A stretch of DNA of 32,789 nucleotides from Pelomyxa schiedti (taxonomy: Eukaryota; Protista; Evosea), in contig JAHLWZ010000747.1 of NCBI GenBank assembly GCA_020536535.1, forward strand, positions 1 through 32,789. The letters are read 5' to 3'. Both the position numbers and the translations under genes were made by a program. Shown here piece by piece: positions 1 to 14,644 of the stretch (positions are counted from its first letter, which is position 1; each line of letters starts with the position of its first letter). Below the pieces are notes generated by a model. The model worked only from the letters and a program-made list of their open reading frames with translations. It was not told the DNA's origin and did not search any database.

Positions 1-278
1 GGTGCAACACATTGCTGAATTTCTGGCTGTTGGGAACCTCCTTACTAATTACCTATCGACTTTGCGTTTTTTCTTCTCCCCAAATTGGAGCCCAAAAGCA
101 GGACGTCTCCAATCTGGACCAGGAAGCAACAAGGTGGAGGTGCCCAAAGTGTGCCCAATTTGGGCAAAACCCACAATTTGGGCTCAAATTGCCCCATTTG
201 ACTTCAGGGTGAAACTTTTAACCACCCTTTTTCTTTGGCCCAACCAGTATCCTGGTGCGTTTTACCAGGTGCCGAACA

Positions 279-323
279 ACATCGCCGCGCCGCCGACAGA
301 GTATCTCGGCGGCGCGGCGATGT
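279..323. repeat. Perfect 18-bp GC-rich inverted repeat (hairpin) with 9-nt loop
   Basis: acatcgccgcgccgccga (279-296) is the exact reverse complement of tcggcggcgcggcgatgt (306-323). Confidence 0.9.
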
Positions 324-387
324 CGGCGGCGTGCTCTCGTCAATTTTTTCTTTATTGTGGCTTCCTGTGGGACCAGCAGAAAGTAAA

Positions 388-427
388 ATGACCATAGCCA
401 AGGTGTTGAGAAGCACATTCACAAGGC
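388..427 (+). pseudogene. Orphan fragment of a Sel1 repeat
   Basis: 400-427 aaggtgttgagaagcacattcacaaggc matches 1782-1809 at 27/28 nt; reads ...DHSQGVEKHIHKA; no flanking Sel1 ORF. Confidence 0.7.
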
Positions 428-582
428 TTGTTCGACCTGCTCTGTCCAAACAGACCTAGAAGGTCTTCTTCACAGAAACAAAGTTGAAGCACAAACAGCA
501 ACGACAAATCAAGGACATGCAGAACACGTCGTGTGGTCTTTTTGTCTCGTCGCCCCCAAACGCAACAACAACAAGAAACGAG

Positions 583-2218
<1,636 letters not shown>

Positions 2219-2881
2219 ACAAAGAGTGCCAGGTACTGGGGAAAACCCTGTTACATCATGTTCTCGTAGCTAGTGGGATAGACGCGTTAAATGGGTTGAG
2301 AAATCGAGTGTTGAATAAAGTATTGTTGCGTTTGAGTTATTTGGTCTTGTGAAGGAAAAGCTAAGTCTCTATTACGAGCGTCGTGTAGTGTAATCAGTCT
2401 CTCAGGGGGAGTGACGAGCTCGTTCGTAGCGAGATTAAGGAGGGAACAAAGTATTTCTTTAGTTTAATTGATCTTGAGGAGTTTGTGGTGAAAGTGGTGT
2501 CGCTGATCTCCCATGAATTCCAAGTATTCAGTGGATGCACAGCACAGCATCGTGTGCCATTGAATTCCCAGAAGTTGTCCGACTTCTGAGGGTTGCTCAG
2601 TCAGCCCTGATTCGCTTTTTCGGGAAGTCATCACTTTCCCAATCTGCCCCGAAAAAGCGCACACCGATGCGAAACTCGTCGCCGTGTGGTGAGAGTCGTC
2701 TCGTCGTCTCCGCACGCAACACACACACACAGTGACAAATACTGTTTGACACTTTCGCACTGTTTCATTTCACACAACAACAACACTAACAACATACCAT
2801 CAACCAGTGACGTCAGGAGTCTCCCCCGTCCCGTCTTTTGGGAGTTTCACCACTTGCCCAAGTGCAAGACGAAACGAGGTG

Positions 2882-4370
2882 ATGATGGAAGCCCTTTTTG
2901 AGTTGCAAGTGGGGAACATCGACTCTGCCCTCGCTCTCGTTGCGAACGCATTCTCCATGTTTGAGTGCGAGATGAGCAGCAATAATGGTGTGTTGGAACG
3001 TGTTCTTTGTTTCGTTTTCATCCACCCCAACACAAACGAAAGGTGAATCAGCGGAACCGCCGCTGTCATGTGGCCAGTGTTATTACCTGCCTGCTCTGCT
3101 GTTTCTTCTTTGTCTCCGCTGTGCTATCAATGACCAGGTGTCACTGTATAAGAACATTCCACCATGCTTGTCTCTGGCTTTCTCTGGTGCCATCTCCTCT
3201 TCATTCGAGTCACTAAGAGCACATTGCATGCGTGTGAGCAAGACTTGCCACCATAAGCCAGAAGTAATTGCAGAATGGGCTGACCTTGTGTCAACAGCAG
3301 CCTCGAGAGGCAATGTTGATCATCAGCAACAACCAGTTGTTGTTGAACAGTCGTGGTCATGCATGTACTTCGTTGCAATGTGGAGAATATTTTGTTCCCC
3401 AACATACAACCACCATGCTTCAGCAGCGGCACACATTTTTGCAGAAATGAGTGAAAAGATTCCACCACCAGCGCCGGCATTATCATTATCATGTGATGAA
3501 CGAAACAGCAGTCCCATCACCACTGCTTGTGCTATGGGTCAGATTCACTGGTGTGCTGCCTCCTTTTCAGGTCTGGCTGTCTGTTATGATTTTGGTGTTG
3601 GTGGTGTTGATAAGGACATTTGCAAGGCCCTGGAAATGTGGCAGAGGGCTGCTGATGCTGGCGATGCTGCGGCAATGTCCCATCTTGCTCTGTCTTATGA
3701 CAATGGTGATGGTGTTGACAAGGATATTCACAAGGCAATGATACTGTACCAAAAGGCTGCTGATGCTGGTAATGCCACCGCAATGTACAACCTTGGTGTG
3801 TGTTATGAAAATGGTGATGGTGTTGAGAAGGACATTCACAAGGCAGTGACACTGTGGCAGAGGGCTGCTGATGCTGGTGATGCACAGGCGATGTACAACC
3901 TTGCTGTCCATTATTACAGTGGAAATGGTGTTGAGAAGGACATACACAAGGCAGTGGCACTGTATCAGAGGGCTGCTGATGCTGGTGAGCCCCAAGCACT
4001 GTTGAGCCTAGCTGCGTATTATTTCTATGCCACTACCATTGACAAGGATGTTCGCAAGGCAGTTGCTCTATGGCAGAGGGCATCTGATGCTGGCAATTCC
4101 CAGGCAATGTGTGACCTTGGTGTGTGCTATGTCAATGGCGATGGCGTTGAGAAGGACATTCACAAAGCTTTGACACTGTACCAGAGGGCTGCTGATTCCG
4201 GGAGTGCCCAGGCAATGTACAACCTTGCACAGCGTTACAACAATGGAATTGATGGATTTTCCAAGGACATACGCGAGGCAATGAGACTGTGGGTGAGGGC
4301 TGCAAACCTTGGCCACGCTGATGCAATTGCCAAGCTCAGACTGCTTCAGTCAAAAAGCAGCAACACTTAA
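2882..4370 (+). CDS. Sel1-like repeat protein 2 (7 repeats), 2 exons
   Basis: Exons 2882-2987 (MMEALFELQVGNIDSAL..) and 3043-4370; intron 2988-3042 at the same position and phase as in gene 1. Confidence 0.9.
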
Positions 4371-4516
4371 TGTACTTACTGAGAAAAAGAAAAACCATCA
4401 GTTTTTTTAAGGGTCTGGTAATTTTTTTCGCTGAAGTCACTCAACAAGGACATGCAAAACACGTCGTCGTGTGGTGTGGTCTCGTCGTGGCCCCCAAACA
4501 ATCAACACACACACAC

Positions 4517-4572
4517 AAACAAACAAACAAACAAACAAACAAACAAACAAACAAACAAACAAACAAACAAAC
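4517..4572. repeat. (AAAC)14 microsatellite upstream of Sel1 gene 3
   Basis: Direct reading; preceded by a short (CA)n run. Confidence 0.95.
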
Positions 4573-4674
4573 CAAAACAGTTCGTCTTCTGTTGGCAGCT
4601 TGTCTTAACTTCCACAACCAGCGACATCAGTTTGCGCTTCGTTGAGGAGTGTGACCTGCACAAGGCGAAACGAG

Positions 4675-6644
4675 ATGATGATGGAGGCACTTTTTGAGTT
4701 GCAAGTGGGGAACATTGACTCTGCCCTCGCTCTCGTTGCCAACGCATTCTCCCTTTTTGAAAGTGACATGATCAACAGTTTCACTCATGGTGTGTGTGTG
4801 TGTGCGCGTGTGCGCGTGTGTGCGTGATGTGTTGGCTCTTGTTGCAATTTTATTTTCATTTCTTTTGTTTTGTTTTTCATCCAACCCAACCCAAAACAAA
4901 AGGTGAATCATCATCGTTGGCACTGTCATCACATGAAGGTCAGTGTGAATACCTCCCTGCTCTGGTGTTCCTTGTTTGTCTCCGCTGTGTCATCAATGAC
5001 CAGGTGTCACTTCATCATCACATTCCACCGTGCCTGTCTCCGGCTTTCTCCCGTGCTATCTTCTCCCCGACGGAGATAATGAGAGCGCATTGCATGCGTG
5101 TCTTGAATCGCAGCATCAACGCAACAGAAGTAATTGCAGAATGGGCTGACCTTGTGTCAACAGCATCCTCGAGGGGCAACGTCGATCATCATCATCAACA
5201 ACGATCGCCACACACCAACTCGGAGCAGTCGTGGTCGTGCATGTACTTTGTTGCCATGTGGAGGTTGTATTGCTGTTCATCAACAGACAGCCAACAAAGT
5301 CCATTTGCGACAGCAGCACAGATTTTTGTTGAAATGAGTGACAAGATGCCACCAACAGAATCGTCATGCAATGCACACATTGTCACTTGCTCTGTGGGGC
5401 AGATTCACTGGTGCGCTTCCTCTGTCACATCTCTGGGCTTCTGCTATGACTTCGGTGTTGGTGGTGTTGAGAAGGACATTCACAAGGCTGCGACTCTGTA
5501 CCAGAAGGCTGCTGATGCCGGCAGCGCTCGGGCAATGGGCAACCTCGGCTGGTATTATTATACTGGCGATGGTGTTGAGAAGGACGTTCACAAGGCAGTG
5601 ACACTGTGGCAGAGGGCTGCTGATGCTGGTGATGCCAACGCAATGTACCGCCTTGGTCGGTGTTATGACCGTGGTGGTGATGGTGTTGAGAAGCAGGACA
5701 TTCACAAGGCAGTGACACTGTACCAGAGGGCTGCTGATGCTGGTCATGCGCCCGCGATGTTCAACCTCGGTTTGTGTTGTTACAGTGGTGATGGGATTGA
5801 CAAGTACGTTAGCAGGGCCATTACACTGTGGCAGAGGGCCGCTGATGCTGGAAATGCCGATGCAACGTACAACCTTGGTTGGTGTTATAAAAACGGAGAT
5901 GGTGTTGACAAGGACATTCACAAGGCAGTGGCACTGTACCAGAGGGCTGCTGATTCTGGGAGTGCCCAGGCACTGTGCAGCCTTGGTTGGTGTTATGAAC
6001 ATGGTGAAGGTGTTGAAAAGGACATCCACCAGGCAGTGGCACTGTACCAGAGGGCTGCTGATGCTGGAAATTCACAAGCAATGTTCAACCTTGGTTCGTG
6101 CTATGAACATGGTCATGGTGTTGACCAGGACATACACAAGGCAGTGGCACTGTACCAGAGGGCTGCTGATGCCGGTTGTGTAAAGGCAATGTACAATCTT
6201 GGTGTATGTTATAAAACCAGCATTGGTGTTGACAAAGATGCTCACAAGGCGGTGGCACTGTGGCAGAGGGCTGCTGATGGTGGTCATGCCTCCGCAATGT
6301 TCTACCTTGGTGTGTGCTATGAGAATGGTGATGGTGTTGAGAAGGACACTCACAAGGCAGTGACACTGTGGCAGAGGGCTGCTGATGCTGGTCATGCCTC
6401 TGCAATTTTCATCCTTGGTGTGTGCTATGAAAATGGTGATGGTGTTGAACAGGACATCCCCAAGGCAATGACACTGTACCAGAGGGCCGCTGATGCCGGC
6501 AGTGACCAGGCAATGTGCGCCCTAGCGAAGTGTCACCAACTAGGCATCGATGGTTCTGCCAAGGACCTACGCGAGGCAAAGAGACTGTGGCTGATGGCTG
6601 CTAACCTTGGTAACGTGGACGCAATGGCCAACTTAGGATGCTAA
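4675..6644 (+). CDS. Sel1-like repeat protein 3 (11 repeats), 2 exons
   Basis: Exons 4675-4789 and 4903-6644; intron 4790-4902; same N-terminal domain (YLPALVF, IPPCLS, IAEWADLVSTA, SWSCMYFVAMWR, GQIHWCA). Confidence 0.9.
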
Positions 6645-7308
6645 GCTAACCAAAAAGAAACAACAGCACCTGAAGAAAGTAGCGACTCACTGGGGGGGGA
6701 AAAACCTCCTCCCATTAGTCGCTTTCTGTGGGAGATGCCAGACCAGCTGCCCAAAAAACGCAGCACTGCTGTAAAAAAAGAAAAGCAGGAAATGTCGAAA
6801 ATTCTTATTTTGTTTCCGTGGGTCCTCTCCAGACAACGACAACGACAACAACAAAATCCGAGTTTTTTTTTTTATTGTTGGTCGTTGATCACAACCACTC
6901 CATTGTTGTTGAAAAAAGGTGAGGGAAGGGAAAGTATCTACGTGTACAGCATGGGAGAGCTAATGGTGGAAATTTCCCACACATGGAATTCTGAGCCAGT
7001 CGGCAAAGAAAAGAAGAAAATAAAACAAAAAGAATCGTCAGTCCCACAAGTACGGTGGAAACTGAGTACCCTCTGTACTGTCAGGGACTCCCGGAGGCTG
7101 CATCTTGCCTCTGCGTGTTACCAGTCATGTGTTTTGTGTGTGGTTGGTGTCAAAAGCGAGGTACATTCCTTTGTACTGCATGCTCAAAGCAAGGACTCAC
7201 AGAAAAACCTGGGAATCCCTTGCCTACCACAGAAGTAGGTAGAGAATGCACAAAAACTTTACTTTTACTTTTTTGCTCTTAGAGGGGAGTTATTTGTGGT
7301 TTCGGAGG

Positions 7309-9069
<1,761 letters not shown>

Positions 9070-9442
9070 GTCGTTCTGTGGCGTAGGGGCGGCCCTGTAG
9101 CTAGGTTTATCAGAAATCTGTTCAATTGAACAGATTGTTCTGGCAATCAGATCTGTCCGGTTGAGATTTGACGATTAGTCTCATTTGCAAGAAGGAGGGC
9201 AGTGGGGGTGATAGGTTTGGAAAAGGTTGTTGGGATTATTGAAGGTGAGGAGGAGTCATCCGTGATAAGTTTTATTTTTTTCGGCCAACGAATTATTCCG
9301 TTGCGTTGTTTCGGTGATTTAAAATGCGGCCGTCTGTTGATGATACCTACAAACAAAGAAGAAACAACCAAGAGGACAAGTCGAAATGATGTGTTTAATA
9401 GTGGTACTGGGTCTAATTGCAGCAGTTGTGATAGCTGCATTT

Positions 9443-10277
9443 ATGTACGAGGGGCACCCGTGTGGTGTGTGCCCTCATTGGGTGGGGTATGTCTCATCAC
9501 ACACATTTCATGACCGCATTAAATAATATAATAAAATACTGTATTATTGTTGCTTTCTTTATTATTACCGAATGAAAAACCCTTTATTCTTTATTGTGAC
9601 TTGCCTGTAAAAGCTTTCTTAATTCGGGTTTAGGTACATCATTGATAACCGAGTGAGGAAGTGGCTTACTGACACTGAGGGAGTTATTAGCCCATATGTG
9701 AGAAAGGGCGACGTTGTAATTGACTTTGGATGTGGCCATGGCTTACTCACTGTGTTAGCTGCCGGAATAGTGGGTAAATCCGGCCGAGTTTATGCCGTTG
9801 ATTTGCAGGTAATCCCCATATCCCAGCCACAGAATATTCTAATTTACCATTTTTAAATGTCAGGATAAAATGTTGTCATACACACAAAGCCGCGCTAACA
9901 GAGAAGGACACTCTGATGTTGTGGTTACTAAAAGCACAAATCCCTCTCATTCCGGCACCCCACTTGCATTCGAAACAATTCCAAAGCACTCTGTAAATCT
10001 AGTTGTGTTCAACTGGGTTCTCCACGAGCTCCCATTGAATTGTACTTCCCTTTCTCATGAAAAAATAACTTACACTATCGCAGTGCAGAGAGAATTTGCA
10101 TTAGACTTGTTTGACAAACTATCTGAAGGAGGCAAAGTTCTTGTGGTCGAACCCCCATTCCACGTACCTGAAGCCAAATTAGCTGAGGAACTACAAGCCT
10201 TTGTTGATGCTGGATTCCTGTTGCACAGGAAGCCATCACGACGATTCCAGAAAATAGCAGTTCTCCAAAAACCCTAA
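9443..10277 (+). CDS. Class I SAM-dependent methyltransferase
   Basis: MYEGHPCGVCPHWVG|YIIDNRVRKW..VIDFGCGHG (motif I)..GRVYAVDLQ|..WVLHE..GGKVLVVEP. Introns 9487-9633, 9809-9863 and probably 10042-10083. Confidence 0.85.
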
Positions 10278-10530
10278 ATAAAATCATTATGTTTTCTGTA
10301 TGGCAATAAAACAAATGGTATTGTGTATCTTGCCTTGTCTCCTCAAGGAACACAACAACTATGTTTCTTCCTTTTTTTGATCATTATGAGAACGAACAAA
10401 AAGGGTAAATAATTACAAGGTGCCGGTGTCAGCGTTCCATTTGGGGCCACGCATGGACTTTCGCCCACAGATCCCATCGTCCATTTTACATTATGGGAAA
10501 CCATAACCAACAGCGCCAGCCACTGAACGA

Positions 10531-13500
10531 ATGCACTACTCACGGCTACCACCCTGGCCCCTGTTTTTATCTTCATCGGCTCTGGTTGTGATTATTATGG
10601 GTGTCGCCCCTTCTTCTCCAACAACAAACAGCAGTTCCCTGCCTCCTCCATCGTCATCGTCATCGTCGTCGTCTTCGTCTTCGTCGCCATCACGCGGGTG
10701 CCCTGGGGGCCTCGACGTGTCTGTGGAGATGTACTGGGGACACCGGTGGGACACGTACAAGGCCGTAGACTGTGGCGTAGTGCAGCCTGAATTCGACGCC
10801 GACATGTCGTCATCAAGGGGCGGTTCCGCGAAACACGGCCCATCAATGCCCCCTGATGCACCAAATACAGTTCTCTGGTGGGACTGGTGTGCATAAAAAC
10901 CCCAACCCCAAATGCCATCATTTTCCAATTACCATGTCTCTAGATATTACATATGGTAAAAACACTCAATTGGCACGCAGGTATGGGCCTAGTGATGGAG
11001 ATGATACATTGGAGTGCTTCTATGACGTGGAGTGGAATCCGAGGATTGCTGGTGCGGAGTCGGACCCAAGGGACTTCGCGGCACTCGATATTGCCCCTGT
11101 TCTACCGGAATCACTGTACACTACGGCATTTGTTTCGGGGCTCCAGCCAGAGGGCAGAGGAGGGGGACTGGTTCCAAATGTGACCACACAGTATGAGGTT
11201 GGTGTGAATTGTGTGGACACATTCACTATATCGGTCGCGTTCAAATTCTGGTTCACTTGCGGGCACTATGTCAACTCTAGTGATGGGGCTGCTTCTTACT
11301 TTGAATTTATTCACTACGAAGAGTACTCGTTTGACATCAGGTTTAATGAAGTTTCTTTGCTAAAGGTGTTAACTTTCCAAAAAGGTGGTCCTGTTTCCGG
11401 CCCGGATGTTCCTCCTATTGCGAAGAACATGGAACGTGCTTGTACGACTGGGGAGCGTGCATTTGCGACGAAGGTTGGTCTGGAATCGACTGCCAAATTC
11501 AATGGAACTACAATCACACTCTGTGTCCTCGGCAAACTCTGAATGTTACTTACAATGTTCCGTATGTATTTTGTTGCTGCTTTGTGGGTGTTGTTGACAG
11601 TTCTTCACAGCGCTGTCATGTATGGCTACACTGGGTGGCTTGCTGATCTCCTTGCATTTACGGCCCCAGCTCATCCTCGCCCAGAGGCAAAGGACTGGGT
11701 GTACCTGCTGACTTGGAACACACTAGGTAATACTTCTGATCCTCGTATTAGCACTGGTATGAACTCAAGTGGTGTGCTTCCTTCATTTTTGCCTCCTGGA
11801 AAGTACATCATGGCTGCATACTCTGATAACTACGGTTGGCTCATTTTTGAAAATGTGTGGATTTTTCCTCAACCTTCTAATGGCTGACTCTACCCCAGTT
11901 TTATGTTCTTGCCTATGACCAATGTGGATACCCTGAGCAGGATGTTTTGTGTGGAGGTGGATCAACGAACAACTGTTTCAACACAACAGGCAACGGAATC
12001 TGCGTGAACGAGGAGTGCATGTGCAACGGAGGATACTATTGGTTTGACTGCAGCATAGGATGCTCTGCATGGACAAGGATTACAGACAAGAAAGGGGTCA
12101 TCACAAGTGATGCGTCGGTCGTTGACCCAGAGGATGGCCAGAAAATGCACTACTTGAGCAATAATAACTGCCGGTGGTTTTTGGACATGAGTGGATTCAG
12201 GATTGACTTCATCCGCTTCACGTTCACCTTCATAGATGTTTCTGACTTTGTCTCCTTTTATTATTCTGACAGCGCAGGAACGTATGGTGACATGTACGCT
12301 CAATTAACAACGGTAAGAATGGATGGTCTCTTTGTAATTGTCTTGACTTTCCCTTTTTCGTGAAAAAAGGTATCTGCAGGAAATCTTGAGCCGATTGAAA
12401 TGAAAGCGACACATGTCATTGTTGAATTATATGCTGACCCACAAAATACTCGCCATGGCTTCATTTTGGAATACGAAGCAATGCGGCGGCCAATCACAGC
12501 AATCGGAGTCGGGGTTGTCATCGTAGTTTGTGCCATTGTCGCCATTCTTGGATTGACTGCCACAAGTGTCGCACTCTTCTTTTTGGTGAAGAGACGAAGG
12601 CGAATTGCCAGAGCGGCTCGCATGGCACCAGCTGAGAAGATGGAAAGAATGATGACAAAAGAGGAGATTCAATCCGCATTGTCCACCAACAAGGAGTCAG
12701 ACCAGATGTTGGAGAAGATGGGACTTGGAATTGACAAAGACAAACTCACGTTTGGCCTGTCTGAGAGTGATGCATGCCCTGTTTCACAGAAACTCGAGGA
12801 CGAGGTCACGTTGAAGAACCACACTGATAAAAGCATCCACTTCTGTTTCAAGGTTCCCGACATTTCTCACGTTTGTGAATTGAACGCAACACCGGGTGTG
12901 GGAATTCTGCCAGCAAAGAAAGAACTGATAGTGCACATCGAGTTCATGTTGAAATACACAACCCACTTTGAGCACCCTATCAAAGTTGAATTTCTGCAGC
13001 CGAGTCATGGAGAGCAAGTTGTTGCCTCGATGTGGCTCTCGATACAAGTTGAGGGAGCTGTTTCTGAAAGCATCGACCCTGAAGAAGTAATGTTGAATCC
13101 GACTCCATTGGCTGCTGGTGGTTTTGGGTGAGTCGCAAACGCTCACTCTTTTTTTCTTATTATTACGTCAGATCAGTGTTTGGAGGTGTTTATCGCTCTC
13201 AGATGGTGGCAGTGAAAATCCCCAAGCATCAAGAAGCCTTTAGAATTTCACAAATTAATGACTTCAATGAAGAGTGTGAGATGATGAAGAGGATCCGACA
13301 CCCGAACGTGGTGAACTTCATTGGCGCTTCCCATGTTCCTGGTTTGTTGTTCTTTCTTTTTTCCCTCCCAGCTCGTTGCGCTCATACCTCCAACTCACCC
13401 ACACCAATTCCAGGAAAACTGTGCATCTGCATCGAGCTCGTCGAGAAAGGGAGCCTTGCCTCGTTCCTCGAATCCTCTGCTGAAATATCCTTCGCACTCA

Positions 13501-14507
13501 CACTGAAGTTTGCCATCAATTCTGCTGAGGCAATGTCATATTTGCACAAGAACAATGTTTTGTTCAGTGAGTGTTGTCTCTCCCCCCCTTTGCCTTCCTC
13601 CTCCTCCCGATTTGTTCCAATGACTTTCACAGGAGACCTGAAGTGCTCAAACATTCTTGTCATTTCAACGGCACTCAATGCACCAGTCAACTGCAAATTA
13701 ACCGGTAATATCCCGTTTAATGACACAACACCAACCAACACTGACCTTCTTTCAAGATTTTGGAACAGCGAGGAATGTTGAAAATGTTCATTTGGTGAAG
13801 AAATACACTTTGGGCATTGGGACACCGGCCTACATGGTATTTCTGGCAGTAAGTTCCGCACATTCATCGAGAAAATATTCTAGGCACCCGAAATTCTGTC
13901 CATAAAGCCTTACAATTTCAAGGTGTGTATTGGATAACTTTCATGCGGACTGAGTACTGGACTTCAATTAGGTTGATGTGTTCAGTTTCGGAATGTGCCT
14001 GTGGGAAATGTGGATGCGCGAGGAACTGTGGTCCGGAGTGCGTTTCTGGGACATTCCTTGCAAGGTACCACAATCTCTGTTATTCAATCACCCTTACGCA
14101 TCCATCAGATTGAACAAGGGATCAGACCACAATTCGACTCGGAATGCCCACAAGAATATTCGGAACTGACAAAGAAGTGCTGGGAACCAAACGCGGAAGA
14201 CAGGCCCGAGTTTCACGAAATCAGGGACACACTCACTCACATCCACAACAACTCCACAAAACAACAACTCCACACAACAACAAAACCCACAAAAGTGAAG
14301 CCGGAAGCTCCGGCAACAACAACAACCACAACAACCAAGAAAGGAGACACACACTCCCACACCAAACCACAACCTGACGCCAAGGCATTCAACGTCGCAA
14401 CAGGAAAAGACCAACAAAGGTTGCATCACCACTTGGCCAGGAAGCCCAAAACACCGTCCAATCACACACCACAATCTCACACAGACAAATCCCAGAACCA
14501 AACATAA
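10531..14507 (+). CDS. Transmembrane receptor kinase TMK-A (signal peptide, EGF-like x2, CUB-like, TM, Ig/MSP-like, TKL kinase), 13 exons
   Basis: 12 GT-AG introns join frames cleanly (e.g. 10887-10980, 11341-11384, 11562-11610, 11855-11898, 13567-13632). EGF CICDEGWSGIDC and CMCNGGYYWFDC; CUB-like YLSNNNCRW..GFILEY; TM followed by KRRRR; kinase AAGGFG, VAVK, FRDLKCSN, DFG, GTPAYMAPE, DVFSFG, CW..RP. Confidence 0.9.
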
Positions 14508-14644
14508 CATGCATCATCACCCATGCCTTGTAGAATGTACACGATTCCAAAAGCGCACAACATCCATTCCCTAGTCATCAATCAAAATCCAAGGATTTCC
14601 ATTGAACTGATTTTGCTGAAAATCCAAGGGGGAACCAACTTGCA

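Noticed and set aside
2378-2430. tRNA gene
   Set aside because: A-box-like sequence only; no cloverleaf or proper T-loop/B-box.
14584-14629. Direct repeat aaaatccaagg x2 before TMK-B
   Set aside because: Short and not seen upstream of the other kinases; weak evidence of function.
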